From contig JANRIL010000046.1 in NCBI GenBank assembly GCA_033764955.1, forward strand, positions 24,486 through 88,485: a stretch of 64,000 bases of DNA. Reading direction: 5' to 3'. The notes beneath the pieces were generated by a model that was not told the origin of the DNA, did no database searches, and saw nothing but the letters and a program-made list of their open reading frames with translations. This document shows positions 20,277-31,215 of this stretch, piece by piece. Position 1 is the stretch's first letter. Every line of letters starts with the position of its first letter. The DNA comes from Cyanobacteriota bacterium (lineage in GTDB: Bacteria > Cyanobacteriota > Cyanobacteriia > Thermostichales > Thermostichaceae). A program made the position numbers and the translations under genes.

Positions 20277-22007
20277 CTAGCTAGGGTGTTTCCAGTCTGG
20301 GGGGAGAAAGCGAAAGGTGGGCGCGGCTGTTTGGCGCGAGGCTGGGGTGGAAATGGGTAAGGGCTGGGGGGTGAGCTTGAGGAGAGGGGTTGGGGCGGGG
20401 GTTGGAGGAGGAGTTAGCGTAGGTTCCACAAGGATGGGATCCACACTAGCCTGGGGGGTGGAGAATGGGCTGGGGGTTGTTGTGGGTTGAGGAGTAGCGG
20501 AAGGTCTGAGCTTAGGGGTAGCGGTAGGCTTAGGTTTCGGGGTGGCTTTGGGTTTGGGGGTAGAAGTCGCTTGGGGCTTGGGTTTGGGGGTGAGCTTGGG
20601 TTTGGGGGTGAGGGTTGGTTGGGGAGTAGCCGCCGGAATCGACTCCTCAGGAGCAGGAGCAATCTCTGGAATCGGCGTCGGGGATCCCTCTGGAGGACTG
20701 GCGGGAGTTGGGGTGGGTGTGGGGGTTCTGGTGGCTTTGGGAGTGGGCTTGGGCTTAGGCGTCGGTTTTGGCTTAGGCGTCCGCGTCGGTTTTGGGGTAG
20801 GAGTCGGGGTGGCAACAGGCTGGACGGTTGCCGGCGGGGTGATCACTGGAGTGTCGGGGGCAGGTTCGACTGGGGGTGGCAGAATGGGCAGGGGTTCTAG
20901 GGAAGGAATAACACTAGGGGTAGGAGAGGTTTGAGAGGTTGGGCTGGGAGTCAGGATCGGGCTAGGCGTCGGTTCAGGACTTGGAATAATGCTGGGAGTA
21001 GGGCTGGGTTCAAAGCTAGGGCTAGGCGTGGGTTCTGGGCTGGGGGTAGTGTTCGGCGTAGCAACGGAAGTCGGGGTCGGCAACAGGTCGGGGGGAATGG
21101 TAGGTTCAGGGGCGGGACGGGGGGTGATCAGATTGAGAGCCGCTTCTGCTTTTAACTCTCCCCGCACCAGGCGAGAGAGGGTATCTTGCCCGCCAGGGGT
21201 ATAGGTGATCTCCCGCACGGCGCTATTGAAGACATTGCGGATGGGATCCCCCTGTCCATTCACCAGTTCCACGACAAGAATGTTGCGTCCTGGGCGAAAT
21301 CCCTTCAGATAAACAGCTTGCCATTCATCCAATAAGCCGCTCTCGCCATTCAGGGTATAGCGCACTCGCCAATCCTTGGGTAGTTCTGGCAAAAGGGTTT
21401 CGCGGATGGGAGCGTTGGCTAACCAAAAATCCATCAAAATCGGCTCTGCTCCATAGCTACCCACGGGGCGGTTGTAGGTGAGCAGTGGCAAGTCCGGTTG
21501 CGGGATATATTCGGGGGTTTTGGCAAAGACATGGAAGCTGACTTGGGCATAGGCTTCTGAGTTTTTGAAACTTTCGTGCCAGGGGCGACCCGCAAACACC
21601 CGCAGCGTATGGGATCCCGCTGTGAGATCCTTGAGAAGAAGGGGGGCATCCGCTTGATAGTGGGCGATGTAGGGTTGATTATCCAGGACGACATGGAGGT
21701 GGGGACCTAAGCCCAGTTCGGGATCTTTGAAGAGGGGATAGCCCTCCACCTGAAAACGCACCTCCACCTCTTTGCTCATCACTAGTTGATCCGGCTGGGG
21801 GCTGAGGATACGGACGTGGGGATGGCTTTGCTCGGTCAACAGGCCATCCAGTTTGGCAATTTCGGTCGGAACCTCGACCCGTTGCAGGGAGGAGGGGGCT
21901 GGCGGTGGAGCCTGAACCTGGGATCCCCCACAGGCAGTTTGCATGACCAGTAAGAGGCCACTCAGGAGGAGCAGCGCCTTTCGTTTCATTTGTGCCAGTT
22001 GCAGCAT
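20277..22007 (-). CDS. Lipoprotein with a conserved N-terminal domain and a long Pro/Thr-rich tail
   Basis: Lipobox-like TAC; GLGPHLHVVLDN and RPWHESFKN motifs; PTP/KP low-complexity C-terminal half. Confidence 0.8.
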   Translation of the reverse strand: MLQLAQMKRKALLLLSGLLLVMQTACGGSQVQAPPPAPSSLQRVEVPTEIAKLDGLLTEQSHPHVRILSPQPDQLVMSKEVEVRFQVEGYPLFKDPELGLGPHLHVVLDNQPYIAHYQADAPLLLKDLTAGSHTLRVFAGRPWHESFKNSEAYAQVSFHVFAKTPEYIPQPDLPLLTYNRPVGSYGAEPILMDFWLANAPIRETLLPELPKDWRVRYTLNGESGLLDEWQAVYLKGFRPGRNILVVELVNGQGDPIRNVFNSAVREITYTPGGQDTLSRLVRGELKAEAALNLITPRPAPEPTIPPDLLPTPTSVATPNTTPSPEPTPSPSFEPSPTPSIIPSPEPTPSPILTPSPTSQTSPTPSVIPSLEPLPILPPPVEPAPDTPVITPPATVQPVATPTPTPKPTRTPKPKPTPKPKPTPKATRTPTPTPTPASPPEGSPTPIPEIAPAPEESIPAATPQPTLTPKPKLTPKPKPQATSTPKPKATPKPKPTATPKLRPSATPQPTTTPSPFSTPQASVDPILVEPTLTPPPTPAPTPLLKLTPQPLPISTPASRQTAAPTFRFLPPDWKHPS

Positions 22008-22116
22008 GATCCCTCACAGCCTGACGATCGTTTCACCGATCTATTTGTAGCGGGTTATGGCTCTCACTTGGTGATTTCTTGTTCAGAATTGACAATCAAA
22101 GGGGAGCGGGATCCTT

Positions 22117-23349
22117 TTATTCTCCGATGGGCAGAGGCCGCCGCAACTGGCAGAAGGCTAGTCCACCGCAGCAAATGCCCAGCAGTCCCCCGGCCATGAA
22201 TAACTGTGGGAGAGTCATCAGTCCCAACAGGGATCCCATCCCTGCCCCTCCTAGGGTCATGCCGGAGTCAAAGCCCATCAAAAATAAACTCAGCACCCGC
22301 CCCCGCCGCTCGGCAGGAACCGCCAGAGAAACAATAGCCGACAAAACTGGAAAGAGAGCGCCAAACCCCAAACTATACAGAACCGCCCACAGCCAGGTTA
22401 AGTCTGTCGATAGGGTTAATCCGATCATCGTCACCCCCGAACACACGAGTCCTGCCGCCACCGTCCAGTGGTGGGATATCTGATCTCCCCACTTGCCTAA
22501 GGCAAAGCGCACAAAAACTGCTCCCAGCGCGTAGAGACTATAAAAATTGGCGGCTTCGGTCATGACCAGAGGGAGAAAAGTAGTCATACCGCCATGCAGC
22601 AGAGAACTGATAAAAAAGAAAAAGGTCGCCTCCCGCACCGGAAACTGGGTGAGGGCTAGCCAGGGGGATCCCACCTCCGTTGTGGATAGGATCGAGACCG
22701 TTGGTGGGGGTTTTTGCCAGGGCAGGGGCAGGCTGATCCCGACTCCTAGGACAAGCAAACCCAACAGACCCAGCAAAAATCCGTTCCATCCCCACTGTTG
22801 CCACAATTGGGATCCCAGCCAGGGACCGAGGGCGAACCCCAAGGTATTGGACATGGCCAAATAGCCCAACATAGCGGTGCGTTGAGGGGGAGGAACCAAA
22901 TCCGCCAAGAGGGTGTGGGAGGCGGTGGCAAAACAGGCTTGGCTAAGTCCATGCAAAACCCGCACGGGCACTAATTCCCAGGGACTCGTCGCCAACCCAT
23001 ACAGAGGTTGAATCAGCAAGGCAATTCCCAGCCCAGCCCAGAGAACCGGTTTGCGTCCCCAGCGATCCAAGGCCATGCCAATCCAAGGGCGCATCAGCAA
23101 AATCCCTGCCGCCATGGATCCCACCACCAGCCCTACCGCCGCCCCATCTGCCCAGCGCTGGGTGAGGTAAAGGGGCAAAACCGGAAAAAAAGCTGTGACA
23201 TGGGCAAAGTAGAGGAACATGCCCCCACAGATACAAACCAACCGCCGTCGATACTGCCCCACCGCCCCCATCTGGGGATCCCTTCCGCTATCTTTGTTCA
23301 CCCTGTTTCCTGTGTGAGTTGCCCAGTCATTCTCTCGTCTCTCAGCCAA
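22117..23349 (-). CDS. MFS transporter
   Basis: Motif A G..LDRWGRK; about 12 TM segments; start uncertain. Confidence 0.88.
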   Translation of the reverse strand: MAERRENDWATHTGNRVNKDSGRDPQMGAVGQYRRRLVCICGGMFLYFAHVTAFFPVLPLYLTQRWADGAAVGLVVGSMAAGILLMRPWIGMALDRWGRKPVLWAGLGIALLIQPLYGLATSPWELVPVRVLHGLSQACFATASHTLLADLVPPPQRTAMLGYLAMSNTLGFALGPWLGSQLWQQWGWNGFLLGLLGLLVLGVGISLPLPWQKPPPTVSILSTTEVGSPWLALTQFPVREATFFFFISSLLHGGMTTFLPLVMTEAANFYSLYALGAVFVRFALGKWGDQISHHWTVAAGLVCSGVTMIGLTLSTDLTWLWAVLYSLGFGALFPVLSAIVSLAVPAERRGRVLSLFLMGFDSGMTLGGAGMGSLLGLMTLPQLFMAGGLLGICCGGLAFCQLRRPLPIGE

Positions 23350-23400
23350 TTTCCGGTCGGATCCGATATCGTGGGGTGGGTTGAGCTAGGAGCCTACCAC

Positions 23401-24228
23401 ATGAAAATTGCCGTCATTTTAGGATCGAATAGCGATGTCCCGGCTGGGGCATGGACACGCCAAGAGATCCCAACGGACTATGGCCTGGTTCCCCTCTGGC
23501 AGAGCCCTTCCTCTGCCGATCCCCAGCATCCTCAATTGGCCTTGCTGCTGCGTCACGGTGAACAGCACGAATTGCTGCCGCATCTGGTGAATTTTCGGGG
23601 CAACTTCTGGGCGCTCAAACATTGGGGCTGTCAGGCTATTGTCAGTTTTAGCGTGATGGGGGTCTTACAAGCCGGGATCCCGTTGACTCGACCTATCCTA
23701 TTTGATGACATTTTCTTTCCCAGCAACCAACTTCCCGATGGCTCCGCCTGCACCCTCTTTGATCAGCCTGCCCAAGCCGGGCGGGGTCATTTTTTGGTCG
23801 AACACCCCTGTTCCCCCACTCTGCGCGCCCATTTGCGGCGACTTTTGCCCCATCCTATCGAGGGCGGGATTTATGGGCATGTTTTTGGCCCACGCTTTTC
23901 CACCCGCTCTGAACTGACTTACCTGCAAAAGCTGGGGATCACCGCTATTAGCCAAACCTCTGGTCCAGAATTCGTCCTAGCCGGAGAATTAGGGATCCCC
24001 TACGCTTTAGTGGGATTTGGTGTTGATTATGCTGATCCGGATCCCGGACGACGCAGCTCCCTAGCCGATCTCAATCAGAATCTCCGCCAATGGTCTCTCA
24101 CCCTTCCCCAGATTGTACAAGCCCTGCTCACCTATGACTGGCCGGCTCCCCTGCCCTTTGATCAGGGATATTTTTATCACATTGAGCACGATTTACCAAG
24201 GCCAGCTTCCATAGCCCAAAACCCCTAA
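23401..24228 (+). CDS. MTAP/PNP-family nucleoside phosphorylase
   Basis: LLRHG..H...PH.VN, GPRFST..E and LAGELGIPY motifs; ATG 23401 after GGAG. Confidence 0.8.
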   Translation: MKIAVILGSNSDVPAGAWTRQEIPTDYGLVPLWQSPSSADPQHPQLALLLRHGEQHELLPHLVNFRGNFWALKHWGCQAIVSFSVMGVLQAGIPLTRPILFDDIFFPSNQLPDGSACTLFDQPAQAGRGHFLVEHPCSPTLRAHLRRLLPHPIEGGIYGHVFGPRFSTRSELTYLQKLGITAISQTSGPEFVLAGELGIPYALVGFGVDYADPDPGRRSSLADLNQNLRQWSLTLPQIVQALLTYDWPAPLPFDQGYFYHIEHDLPRPASIAQNP

Positions 24229-24621
24229 TCAAAGTCCTCTTTGATCTGGGTTTCCGGCTGCCTGTGGAGCAGGTGAGTGAGGTGTATGGCGAGTATATCG
24301 ACACGACGGATCCGGGGGTGTCACTGCCGGACAATATCGCTGACCGAGCGCCAGGTGCAGGAGCAGGGGCTGGCGGTGGAGAGCCTCAAGTCGGGGGGGA
24401 TTTTGCCCGCTACCAAGACCCAGGCTCAGGCAAGGAGACGCTGATCTGATTGGAGGCTGATCAGGGTTTTGACGGGATCCCTGGGCCTAGCAGGCCAAAG
24501 TAGCGCTCAGAGATGATGCGGCAGATCTTGCGGCGATTGGATCCCGTGGAGGCGGCGTGGGTGCGACAGGAGATGGCGGCGATCGATTCAGAGAATTAGG
24601 GAGCGACGAGCACGGGAGGGG

Positions 24622-25038
24622 ATGCGGGTGGATCCAGACCAGGATTGGATCGAATTGGTGGAGCGAGAGCGCATCAACTTGGCGGATGTGGTGGCGTGGA
24701 CACGAATGGCAGATGGATCGTTGGTGTGGCTAGAACGGGGGAATCAGGATGCTGGGTTGCGGCACATTATCAGCCGACATGAACGAGACTTTGCTGAATT
24801 TGGGATCCCGGCTGGAGAGTTGTCAGAGTTTTTGATAGAGATGGTGCGAAACGGTGAGCCGGTGATGATGCAGGGGACTCGGCAAGTTTATCGAGTTTTC
24901 TATCGTGGCCAAGATTGGCATGTGGCCGTGACGGTCGGCGATAATGGGTTCATCGTGGGAGCCAATCCCGTAGGTCAACGCAAACTCAGACAGTTGTTGA
25001 GGAAGCAAAATGCCCCAACTCGTCCGACTACAAGCTGA
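24622..25038 (+). CDS. Putative MuF C-terminal RNase toxin domain (BECR/EndoU-like)
   Basis: WLERG...AGLRHII.RH and VG.NGFIVGANP motifs; in frame with the MuF linker upstream. Confidence 0.6.
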   Translation: MRVDPDQDWIELVERERINLADVVAWTRMADGSLVWLERGNQDAGLRHIISRHERDFAEFGIPAGELSEFLIEMVRNGEPVMMQGTRQVYRVFYRGQDWHVAVTVGDNGFIVGANPVGQRKLRQLLRKQNAPTRPTTS

Positions 25039-25336
25039 TTACTTTATTGAACCCATCTTTTTGGGTGCGGAAGATTTTGACGACACTGATTATGTTAACG
25101 CTTCTGATTTGCCCCTCAGCCCAGGGCTAACTGAGGCTATTGATGCTTGGCAGCAAGCCCTTGATATCACTTTTGATCATCAATTTGGCCGCAACAGCGG
25201 CTTCAAAACCGATGAGGAGCGGGTAGCTTTCCACACCCGTGGCCTGGATCTAGCTCGTCGCCTGCAATCAGAGCTGGGATCCGAGTACGAGGTCTACTAC
25301 GAGCGAGAGCCGGTGTTTGCCCAGGCTAGCTCGTAA
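25010..25336 (+). CDS. Putative immunity protein
   Basis: Small acidic ORF overlapping the toxin 3' end; LPLS..L...I.AW and G..LA.RLQ.ELG..Y.V.Y motifs. Confidence 0.55.
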   Translation: MPQLVRLQADYFIEPIFLGAEDFDDTDYVNASDLPLSPGLTEAIDAWQQALDITFDHQFGRNSGFKTDEERVAFHTRGLDLARRLQSELGSEYEVYYEREPVFAQASS

Positions 25337-25775
25337 ATGGTCACGCTCATCACCACTGTCACTGACACCCCCCTCCGCCAACTTTTTTGACCGGATCGAC
25401 AATACCCTACGCAACCCCCAGCCCCTCTATAAGGCCTGGGCTAACCACCTCGAATCCCGCGTCGTCACCGCCTTCAAACAAGAAACCTCTCCCGCAGGCC
25501 AAGCATGGCCGGAACTCAAGCCTGTTACTATCCGCCGCAAAAGCCGTAACTCTCGCAGCATCAACAAAAAGCTGCGCGATACTGGCACTCTCTACGACTC
25601 GATAGTCGCTCGTGCCTTACCTGATGGCGCGGTAATCGGCACCAATCAGCGAGTGGGATCCTACAGCCTAGGAGCCATCCACCAATACGGCGCACCCAGA
25701 CGGAGGATCCCACCACGTCCGTTTCTGCCTGTGGACACTCAAAGCAACTTACTACCCAGGAGGTTGACGAGATAA
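25337..25775 (+). pseudogene. Phage virion morphogenesis protein (Mu gpG-like), frameshifted
   Basis: F..E.SP.G..W..LK..T, L.DTG.L..SI and AIHQYG....IP.RPFL motifs. Frameshift in the T6 run at 25383-25388. Confidence 0.75.
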
Positions 25776-26029
25776 TCCGATTGACTTAGGAATAGCTAAA
25801 TTTGTAGGCCAATGTATACACCTATCAAAACTCTAGATAGATCCCTGGGATCCCTAGAGGTAATGCTGCCGAACTCAGCAGGATGGCTTGTTGAGAATCA
25901 AGGAAGCCTACATTATTTCACCTGAATTTTACCTGATCGATTCGCAACACGGTTTGGTAATACGCTATGGTTGCTTCGATGCAGACCTGCACCGTCCCTC
26001 ACCCCTCTCCCTATCTCTCTGAATAGCCC

Positions 26030-28585
26030 CTAGCGGTTAAGCAGTTGACCGCGGGTTACCCCCAGTTGCCGGTGCAGGTGAAATTCTCGCCACAGTTCCC
26101 CGCCCGAAATCTCTCCCTGCAGCAGTTGTTGGTAACGGGACACCAATTGCTTGACCAGCCCAGCTGATTCATTGAGAAATTCCACCCGAAAATGTTGCAC
26201 CCCCAGGCGAATTAGTCGCTGGACAAACTCGGCAGCGGTTTGGGCTTGTCCGTTAAAAACCGTGTTGCGACAGCCCGCATCGGCTTTCAGAGGATGCAGG
26301 GATCCCACCCGATCCCGCAGGGCGACTTGCTGGCTTTCGCAGGGACGACCGCAGTTGGTGTGATCGGTGCCGTTGGAGAGAAAAGCACAAAAGACACAAT
26401 GCTCCATATGAAACATCGGCATGTGTTGATGGATGGTAACTTCGTACCACTCCGGTGGACTGAGGGTGAGCAGATCCTGCAACTGTTGAAAACTGAGATC
26501 ATAGGAAGCGGTCAACCGCTGCACCCCGTAGTGTTGGCGCAGGTAGTCGGCGGTGAGGGGATTGGCAACGTTGAAGGAAAAGTCAGCCACGCAGGGATCC
26601 GTCAAGGCCCAGGCTAGGTGATCGTAGTTGCGGATCAAATACCCCGCTGCACCCGCCCGCCGCACTGTGTTGAGGATGCCCTCTTCTCCTGGTTTGCTGA
26701 TGCGAGGGGGAACCGCCCAAAACGGCACGGCGGATCCCCTCAGCCGTTCCACCGCCTGCCGATAGAGGCGCAGATCTTCAAATTCGCCATAGATTAAGGG
26801 GATCCCGCTTTGGCAGGCGGCCTCTAGCTGTTCTAGGTTCCGCACCAATACCCGCAGTTGGGGGAGGGTAGGGGATCCCGTTGGGGAGGGTGGGGGCAGC
26901 AAATCGTGGAAGCTAACGGAAGGGGAGAGTTGCCACGTTGGGGGAGCTTGCCGGAGTGCCTGCAACTGCTCCACCCCCTGCCGCCGCAGATGATTCAGTT
27001 GTTTGAGGGGCAGGATCACCGCCCCCACGAGGTGATTATGTAGCGCCGCTAGGTAAAAGGGGGTATGGCCCAACCGCCCCAGTTGCTCAACTAGGCGTTC
27101 TGGAGTCAGCGGCTGACTTTCAGCCTCCAGCAAGGGAATCTCTGACCACAGCTCGATCTGATGCCCCCGTTCATCCTGCATCGTTAGGCGCAAGGGTTGC
27201 CCCGCCTGCCCATACACATGCATCACCAGGGGACGTTGATAACGGGGCTGTTCTCCAGCAAAGCTCTGTCGGGCTTGTTTTTCCCATTCCGGATCGCTGG
27301 TTTTCCAAACCCGATCCCCAACGCGGATCTGGCGACTATCCCAGTCATGCCGACTCAGACAAAAAGCCGTTCGGGATCCCTGCGGCTGCACCTTGCCGAT
27401 GCGTCCACCTGGTTCCGGTTGATCCGGTTGCCCCTGATCAAAAACCACCCCATCCCCCACCTTGAGGGGAGGGGATCCCGCCAGACTGATCCATTCCCCC
27501 GCGATCTGAGCGACCTGACCCAGATAGACCCCCCGTTTTTTACCGAAGCGAGCATGAACCAACTGGGGATGGTTGACCCCCTTCAGCCAACCCGTCGATA
27601 GACCCCGCGAAAAACTCATTTCTAGGGAGTATTGCTGTTCAGGGGGGATGGTCAAGGGAGAGACCAGGGGATCCCCAACCGCATGCATCTCCTGAAGGAA
27701 GGCTGGCTCCAGGCGATCGAGGGCTTGTCGATAGACCTGCGTTACACTAGCCACATATTCTGGACTTTTCAGCCGCCCCTCGATCTTCAGGCTGGCCACA
27801 CCCGCCCGCAACAAGTCTGGTAAGAGAGAAATGCCCGCTAAATCTTGGGGGCTTAACAAATAGCGGCGATCCCCCAAATCGACCATCTGCCCATCGGCTA
27901 TCAAGTCATAGGGCATCCGGCAGGCTTGGGCACATTCTCCCCGATTGGCGGAGCGCCCCCCTAGTGACTCACTGGTTAAGCACTGCCCCGAATAAGCTAC
28001 GCAGAGGGCACCATGCACAAACACCTCTAGGGGCAGATCGGATCCCGCCAAGCGAATCCGGTTGATTTCGGGGAGCGAACACTCCCGCGCCAGCACGACC
28101 ACCTGGCAACCCAGCTTTTGAGCAAACGCAACGCCAGCGCCACTGGTGATGGTCATTTGGGTAGAGGCATGGATCGGGAAATCGGGGGAAAGATGGCGAA
28201 TCAATCGGCAAATCCCCACATCCTGAACAATCACAGCATCCACCCCCGCCGCCATCACCTGCCGCAGATAGGTTTCTGCCTCCGCTAGCTCTTGAGGAAA
28301 CACCAGCGTATTGAAGGTGACATAGCCCTTTACCCCCCGCCGATGCAGATAGCTCATCACCTGCGGGAGATCCGCCTCGCGGAAGTTCTCCGCCCGCATC
28401 CGCGCATTGAACCGCTCCAACCCAAAGTAGATGGCATCCGCGCCATTCTCCACTGCCGCCCGCAAACACTCCCAATCCCCCGCCGGAGCCAGCAGTTCTG
28501 GCAAGCGCCACTCGCTAGCAGAGGCATCTGCCGGAGCCGAGGATAACACCGAGTCGAGGGATCCCATCAATACCGTGCCGCCCAT
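26030..28585 (-). CDS. U32 family peptidase-like protein (RlhA-type RNA hydroxylation)
   Basis: PELLAPAG, HGALCVAYSGQC, RSANRGECAQACR and LKIEGR motifs. Confidence 0.9.
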   Translation of the reverse strand: MGGTVLMGSLDSVLSSAPADASASEWRLPELLAPAGDWECLRAAVENGADAIYFGLERFNARMRAENFREADLPQVMSYLHRRGVKGYVTFNTLVFPQELAEAETYLRQVMAAGVDAVIVQDVGICRLIRHLSPDFPIHASTQMTITSGAGVAFAQKLGCQVVVLARECSLPEINRIRLAGSDLPLEVFVHGALCVAYSGQCLTSESLGGRSANRGECAQACRMPYDLIADGQMVDLGDRRYLLSPQDLAGISLLPDLLRAGVASLKIEGRLKSPEYVASVTQVYRQALDRLEPAFLQEMHAVGDPLVSPLTIPPEQQYSLEMSFSRGLSTGWLKGVNHPQLVHARFGKKRGVYLGQVAQIAGEWISLAGSPPLKVGDGVVFDQGQPDQPEPGGRIGKVQPQGSRTAFCLSRHDWDSRQIRVGDRVWKTSDPEWEKQARQSFAGEQPRYQRPLVMHVYGQAGQPLRLTMQDERGHQIELWSEIPLLEAESQPLTPERLVEQLGRLGHTPFYLAALHNHLVGAVILPLKQLNHLRRQGVEQLQALRQAPPTWQLSPSVSFHDLLPPPSPTGSPTLPQLRVLVRNLEQLEAACQSGIPLIYGEFEDLRLYRQAVERLRGSAVPFWAVPPRISKPGEEGILNTVRRAGAAGYLIRNYDHLAWALTDPCVADFSFNVANPLTADYLRQHYGVQRLTASYDLSFQQLQDLLTLSPPEWYEVTIHQHMPMFHMEHCVFCAFLSNGTDHTNCGRPCESQQVALRDRVGSLHPLKADAGCRNTVFNGQAQTAAEFVQRLIRLGVQHFRVEFLNESAGLVKQLVSRYQQLLQGEISGGELWREFHLHRQLGVTRGQLLNR

Positions 28586-28669
28586 TCAACAGCCTTGATC
28601 TTATCCTGCGGCTTGGGGATCCCCACTGAATGGGCAAGGCTCAGGGGAGGAAGGATAGAAAAAAAGGGC

Positions 28670-29626
28670 TTAGAAGGGGGAAGAAACCTTCGGTTTTTTG
28701 ACTTTCTGTTCCCGCAGCCGCCGCAACATTTTCTGGAAGTATTCCCCCAAATAGTCCTCCAAATGATTCATCGAGGCGGGATCTAAGCCAAAGATTTCGT
28801 AGACCTGGGTCATGTCGGCATCCATGGGTTCTTCCGCCGCTAACACCTCCACGAAGGCCAAGCGATCGGCGATATTCCAACTCCACTGGAAGAACTGAGC
28901 CACTTTGCGGGATCCCCGCAACAACCCTAGGGGCATGGTGCTGATCTTGGCCTTGCGATTGGACAGTTGTTCGCAGAGTTGGATAATCTCCCGTGGCTTC
29001 CAGGCTTTGGGACCGGCTAACGGAAATACCTGCTGGCGAGTTGCTTCTATCTGCAAGGACTGCACCGCAAAACGAGCGATATCTTGAGTATTCATGTAGG
29101 CGGTGGGCACCGATTGGTTGGTGATCCACACCAGTTGCTCCTCCAAAATCGGCAACGCATACTGACCGATCAACCCCTGCATAAACCCACAGAGACGGAA
29201 GATCGTATAGGGCATTTGTGCCTGCACTAGATACTTTTCAGTGTGGTGCTTAAAATTCATCAGGGGCACATTCGCATATTCTTTGTCGGCTCCCATGATC
29301 GAGAAAAACACATAGCGCTGGATCTGAGCCGCCCGCGCCGCATTGATCAAGGCCACCTTGCCATCCCAATCCACCTGCTTAGCACTCAGGCTATCGGTTG
29401 AACGGACGGTGGCACAGTCAATCAAGGCATCCATCCCGACTAAGGCATCGGGAAGCGTTTCCGGTCGGCAGAGGTTCCCCACCTTGAGATGGGATCCCCA
29501 CTCACTCAAAAAAGCTGCTTTAGCAGGATTTCGCACCAAACTCGTCACCTGATGCCCTTCCTCTAGGGCACGCCGCACAACCTGCCGCCCTAATGTTCCC
29601 GTTGCTCCCACCACCAATACGTTCAT
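28670..29626 (-). CDS. ycf39: Ycf39-like NAD(P)-binding atypical SDR
   Basis: LVVGATGTLGRQVVRRAL, VDWDGKVALI, AYMNTQD and WNIADRLAF motifs. Confidence 0.85.
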   Translation of the reverse strand: MNVLVVGATGTLGRQVVRRALEEGHQVTSLVRNPAKAAFLSEWGSHLKVGNLCRPETLPDALVGMDALIDCATVRSTDSLSAKQVDWDGKVALINAARAAQIQRYVFFSIMGADKEYANVPLMNFKHHTEKYLVQAQMPYTIFRLCGFMQGLIGQYALPILEEQLVWITNQSVPTAYMNTQDIARFAVQSLQIEATRQQVFPLAGPKAWKPREIIQLCEQLSNRKAKISTMPLGLLRGSRKVAQFFQWSWNIADRLAFVEVLAAEEPMDADMTQVYEIFGLDPASMNHLEDYLGEYFQKMLRRLREQKVKKPKVSSPF

Positions 29627-29812
29627 AAAATTATTATTTCTTAACCTTCGCCTCAGTTTATCAGACTTGGTTGGCGATGGAGGGGGTTGAAACGGGGATC
29701 CCTGGCATTGATCCTTGAGAAAACAGTCGGAAAAGGCCAAATTCCCGTTACATGCTTAATGCAACTTAATGTGACACTTAACATTGGGGCACTGTCAGGG
29801 GAGACACCCCTA

Positions 29813-30712
29813 TCAGGAGACAGGCACTCCCATCGGCTGTTCAGGATCCGGTGTGGTAATCAAACCCGTCAAGGGAGAGCTGGCGCTGGCGATGGGTTTG
29901 AGGGGGATGCGCCCCGCTAGATAAGCAAGCCGTCCGGCCTGGGTGGCCATACCCATCGCCTCCGCCATGACCGCCGGAAGCTGTGCCTGGGCGATGGCGG
30001 TATTGATCAGCAGGGCATCGGCTCCCAGCTCCATCGCTTGAGCCGCCTCGGAGGGAACGGCAATGCCCGCATCCACCACCACAGGAACGCTGGCCTGCTC
30101 CACAATAATGCGGATGGCATCAGCGGATTTGAGTCCTTGACCAGAGCCAATCGGGGATCCGAGGGGCATCACCGTCGCACAGCCGATCTCCTGCAAGCGC
30201 CATGCCAACTGCGGATCGGCATTGATATAGGGCAGAACGGCAAATCCTTCCGCCACCAGTTGTTGGGCGGCCTCAAAAGTACCAATCGGATCGGGCAACA
30301 GATAACGCGGATCCCGAATCACCTCCAGCTTGACAAAGTGATTGTCCGTTTGTCCCAGCACCTGCTGAGCCATTTCTCGCCCCAAACGAGCCACCCGTAC
30401 CGCCTCTTCCGCCGTCTGACACCCCGCCGTATTGGGCAATAACCAATAACGCTGCCAATCGAGAGCCTCCAACAAACCCACATGGCCTGCTGATTGCATC
30501 TGGATCCGCCGAATCGCCACCGTCACCATTTCGCACCCACTGGCGGCGAGGGCAGCTTGCATATCAGCCAGATTGCCATATTTACCAGTTCCCACCATCA
30601 GGCGAGATCGAAACGTTTTGCCCGCAATCACCAGCGGCTTGGGATCCGTGAGGGGGGGTGCGGATGCTGTTGTGGTCTCAGCCTCAGGAACGCCCACCTT
30701 ATTCCCCACCAT
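29813..30712 (-). CDS. thiG: Thiazole synthase
   Basis: [22 protein letters not shown] and [12 protein letters not shown] motifs. Start may be GTG 30697. Confidence 0.95.
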   Translation of the reverse strand: MVGNKVGVPEAETTTASAPPLTDPKPLVIAGKTFRSRLMVGTGKYGNLADMQAALAASGCEMVTVAIRRIQMQSAGHVGLLEALDWQRYWLLPNTAGCQTAEEAVRVARLGREMAQQVLGQTDNHFVKLEVIRDPRYLLPDPIGTFEAAQQLVAEGFAVLPYINADPQLAWRLQEIGCATVMPLGSPIGSGQGLKSADAIRIIVEQASVPVVVDAGIAVPSEAAQAMELGADALLINTAIAQAQLPAVMAEAMGMATQAGRLAYLAGRIPLKPIASASSPLTGLITTPDPEQPMGVPVS

Positions 30713-30803
30713 TCACCACTTTCAAAATGCCATAGCCCAAGATCAGTCCGGCCAGGGTCAAGCCTATACACAAGCCAGCAATCGTAAAAATCTCTCCAGC
30801 CAT
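30699..30803 (-). CDS. petM: Cytochrome b6f subunit 7 (not in ORF track)
   Basis: [34 protein letters not shown], 34 aa with a single TM segment; GAGGAG RBS. Confidence 0.8.
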   Translation of the reverse strand: MAGEIFTIAGLCIGLTLAGLILGYGILKVVNGGE

Positions 30804-30942
30804 CGGGGGCTACTCCTCGTTTGGGGATAGGGTTATTCTTTCCTTAGAATAAACCAATTGGGATGCTTTCCCCTGAATCTACTGCCCTCCGCAACCCTAT
30901 GGCACACTGAAGGGTAGACTCCTCAATCCAAGACTCTCAACT

Positions 30943-31215
30943 ATGCCCAAGCCCCCTCCCCCTCCTCGTAAACTGGAAGATCAATTTGTCGAAAACGTCT
31001 CCCGCTATCCCTTCTATTTTGTGACGGTTTTGTTGGGAGGTATTTGGGTGGGCATTAAGCCCTTCGTGGATCTCTATCGCAAAAGCCCTCTCTCGGCGGT
31101 GGCGGTGGGGTTAGGCTTGAGCCTTTTCATGCTATTTATCCACTTCACGCTGCGGGGCATGGCGGGGGATAGTTTTTTCCCGGAGTGGATTTTGAATCGG
31201 ATCCCCCAGAGTTAA
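30943..31215 (+). CDS. DUF751 / Ycf33-like membrane protein
   Basis: F.ENVSRYP.YF and FTLRGM.G motifs. Confidence 0.75.
   Translation: MPKPPPPPRKLEDQFVENVSRYPFYFVTVLLGGIWVGIKPFVDLYRKSPLSAVAVGLGLSLFMLFIHFTLRGMAGDSFFPEWILNRIPQS

Larger units (their letters stand above)
24228..25795 (+). mobile_element. Mu-like prophage relic 1 (portal fragment, MuF fragment, toxin domain, partner, virion morphogenesis pseudogene)
   Basis: Portal-like C-terminus LFDLGFRLPVEQVSEVYG, MuF-end-like ADQGFDGIPG, then intact ORFs and a gpG-like pseudogene. Confidence 0.7.

Noticed and set aside
20290..21130. Long repetitive G/T-rich tract with several overlapping ORFs on both strands
   Set aside because: Explained by the Pro/Thr/Lys low-complexity tail of the 20277-22007 protein; not a CRISPR array or separate genes.
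23008..23400. N-terminal extension of the 406-aa ORF 23008-24228
   Set aside because: Overlaps the MFS gene on the opposite strand; phosphorylase homology begins at ATG 23401.
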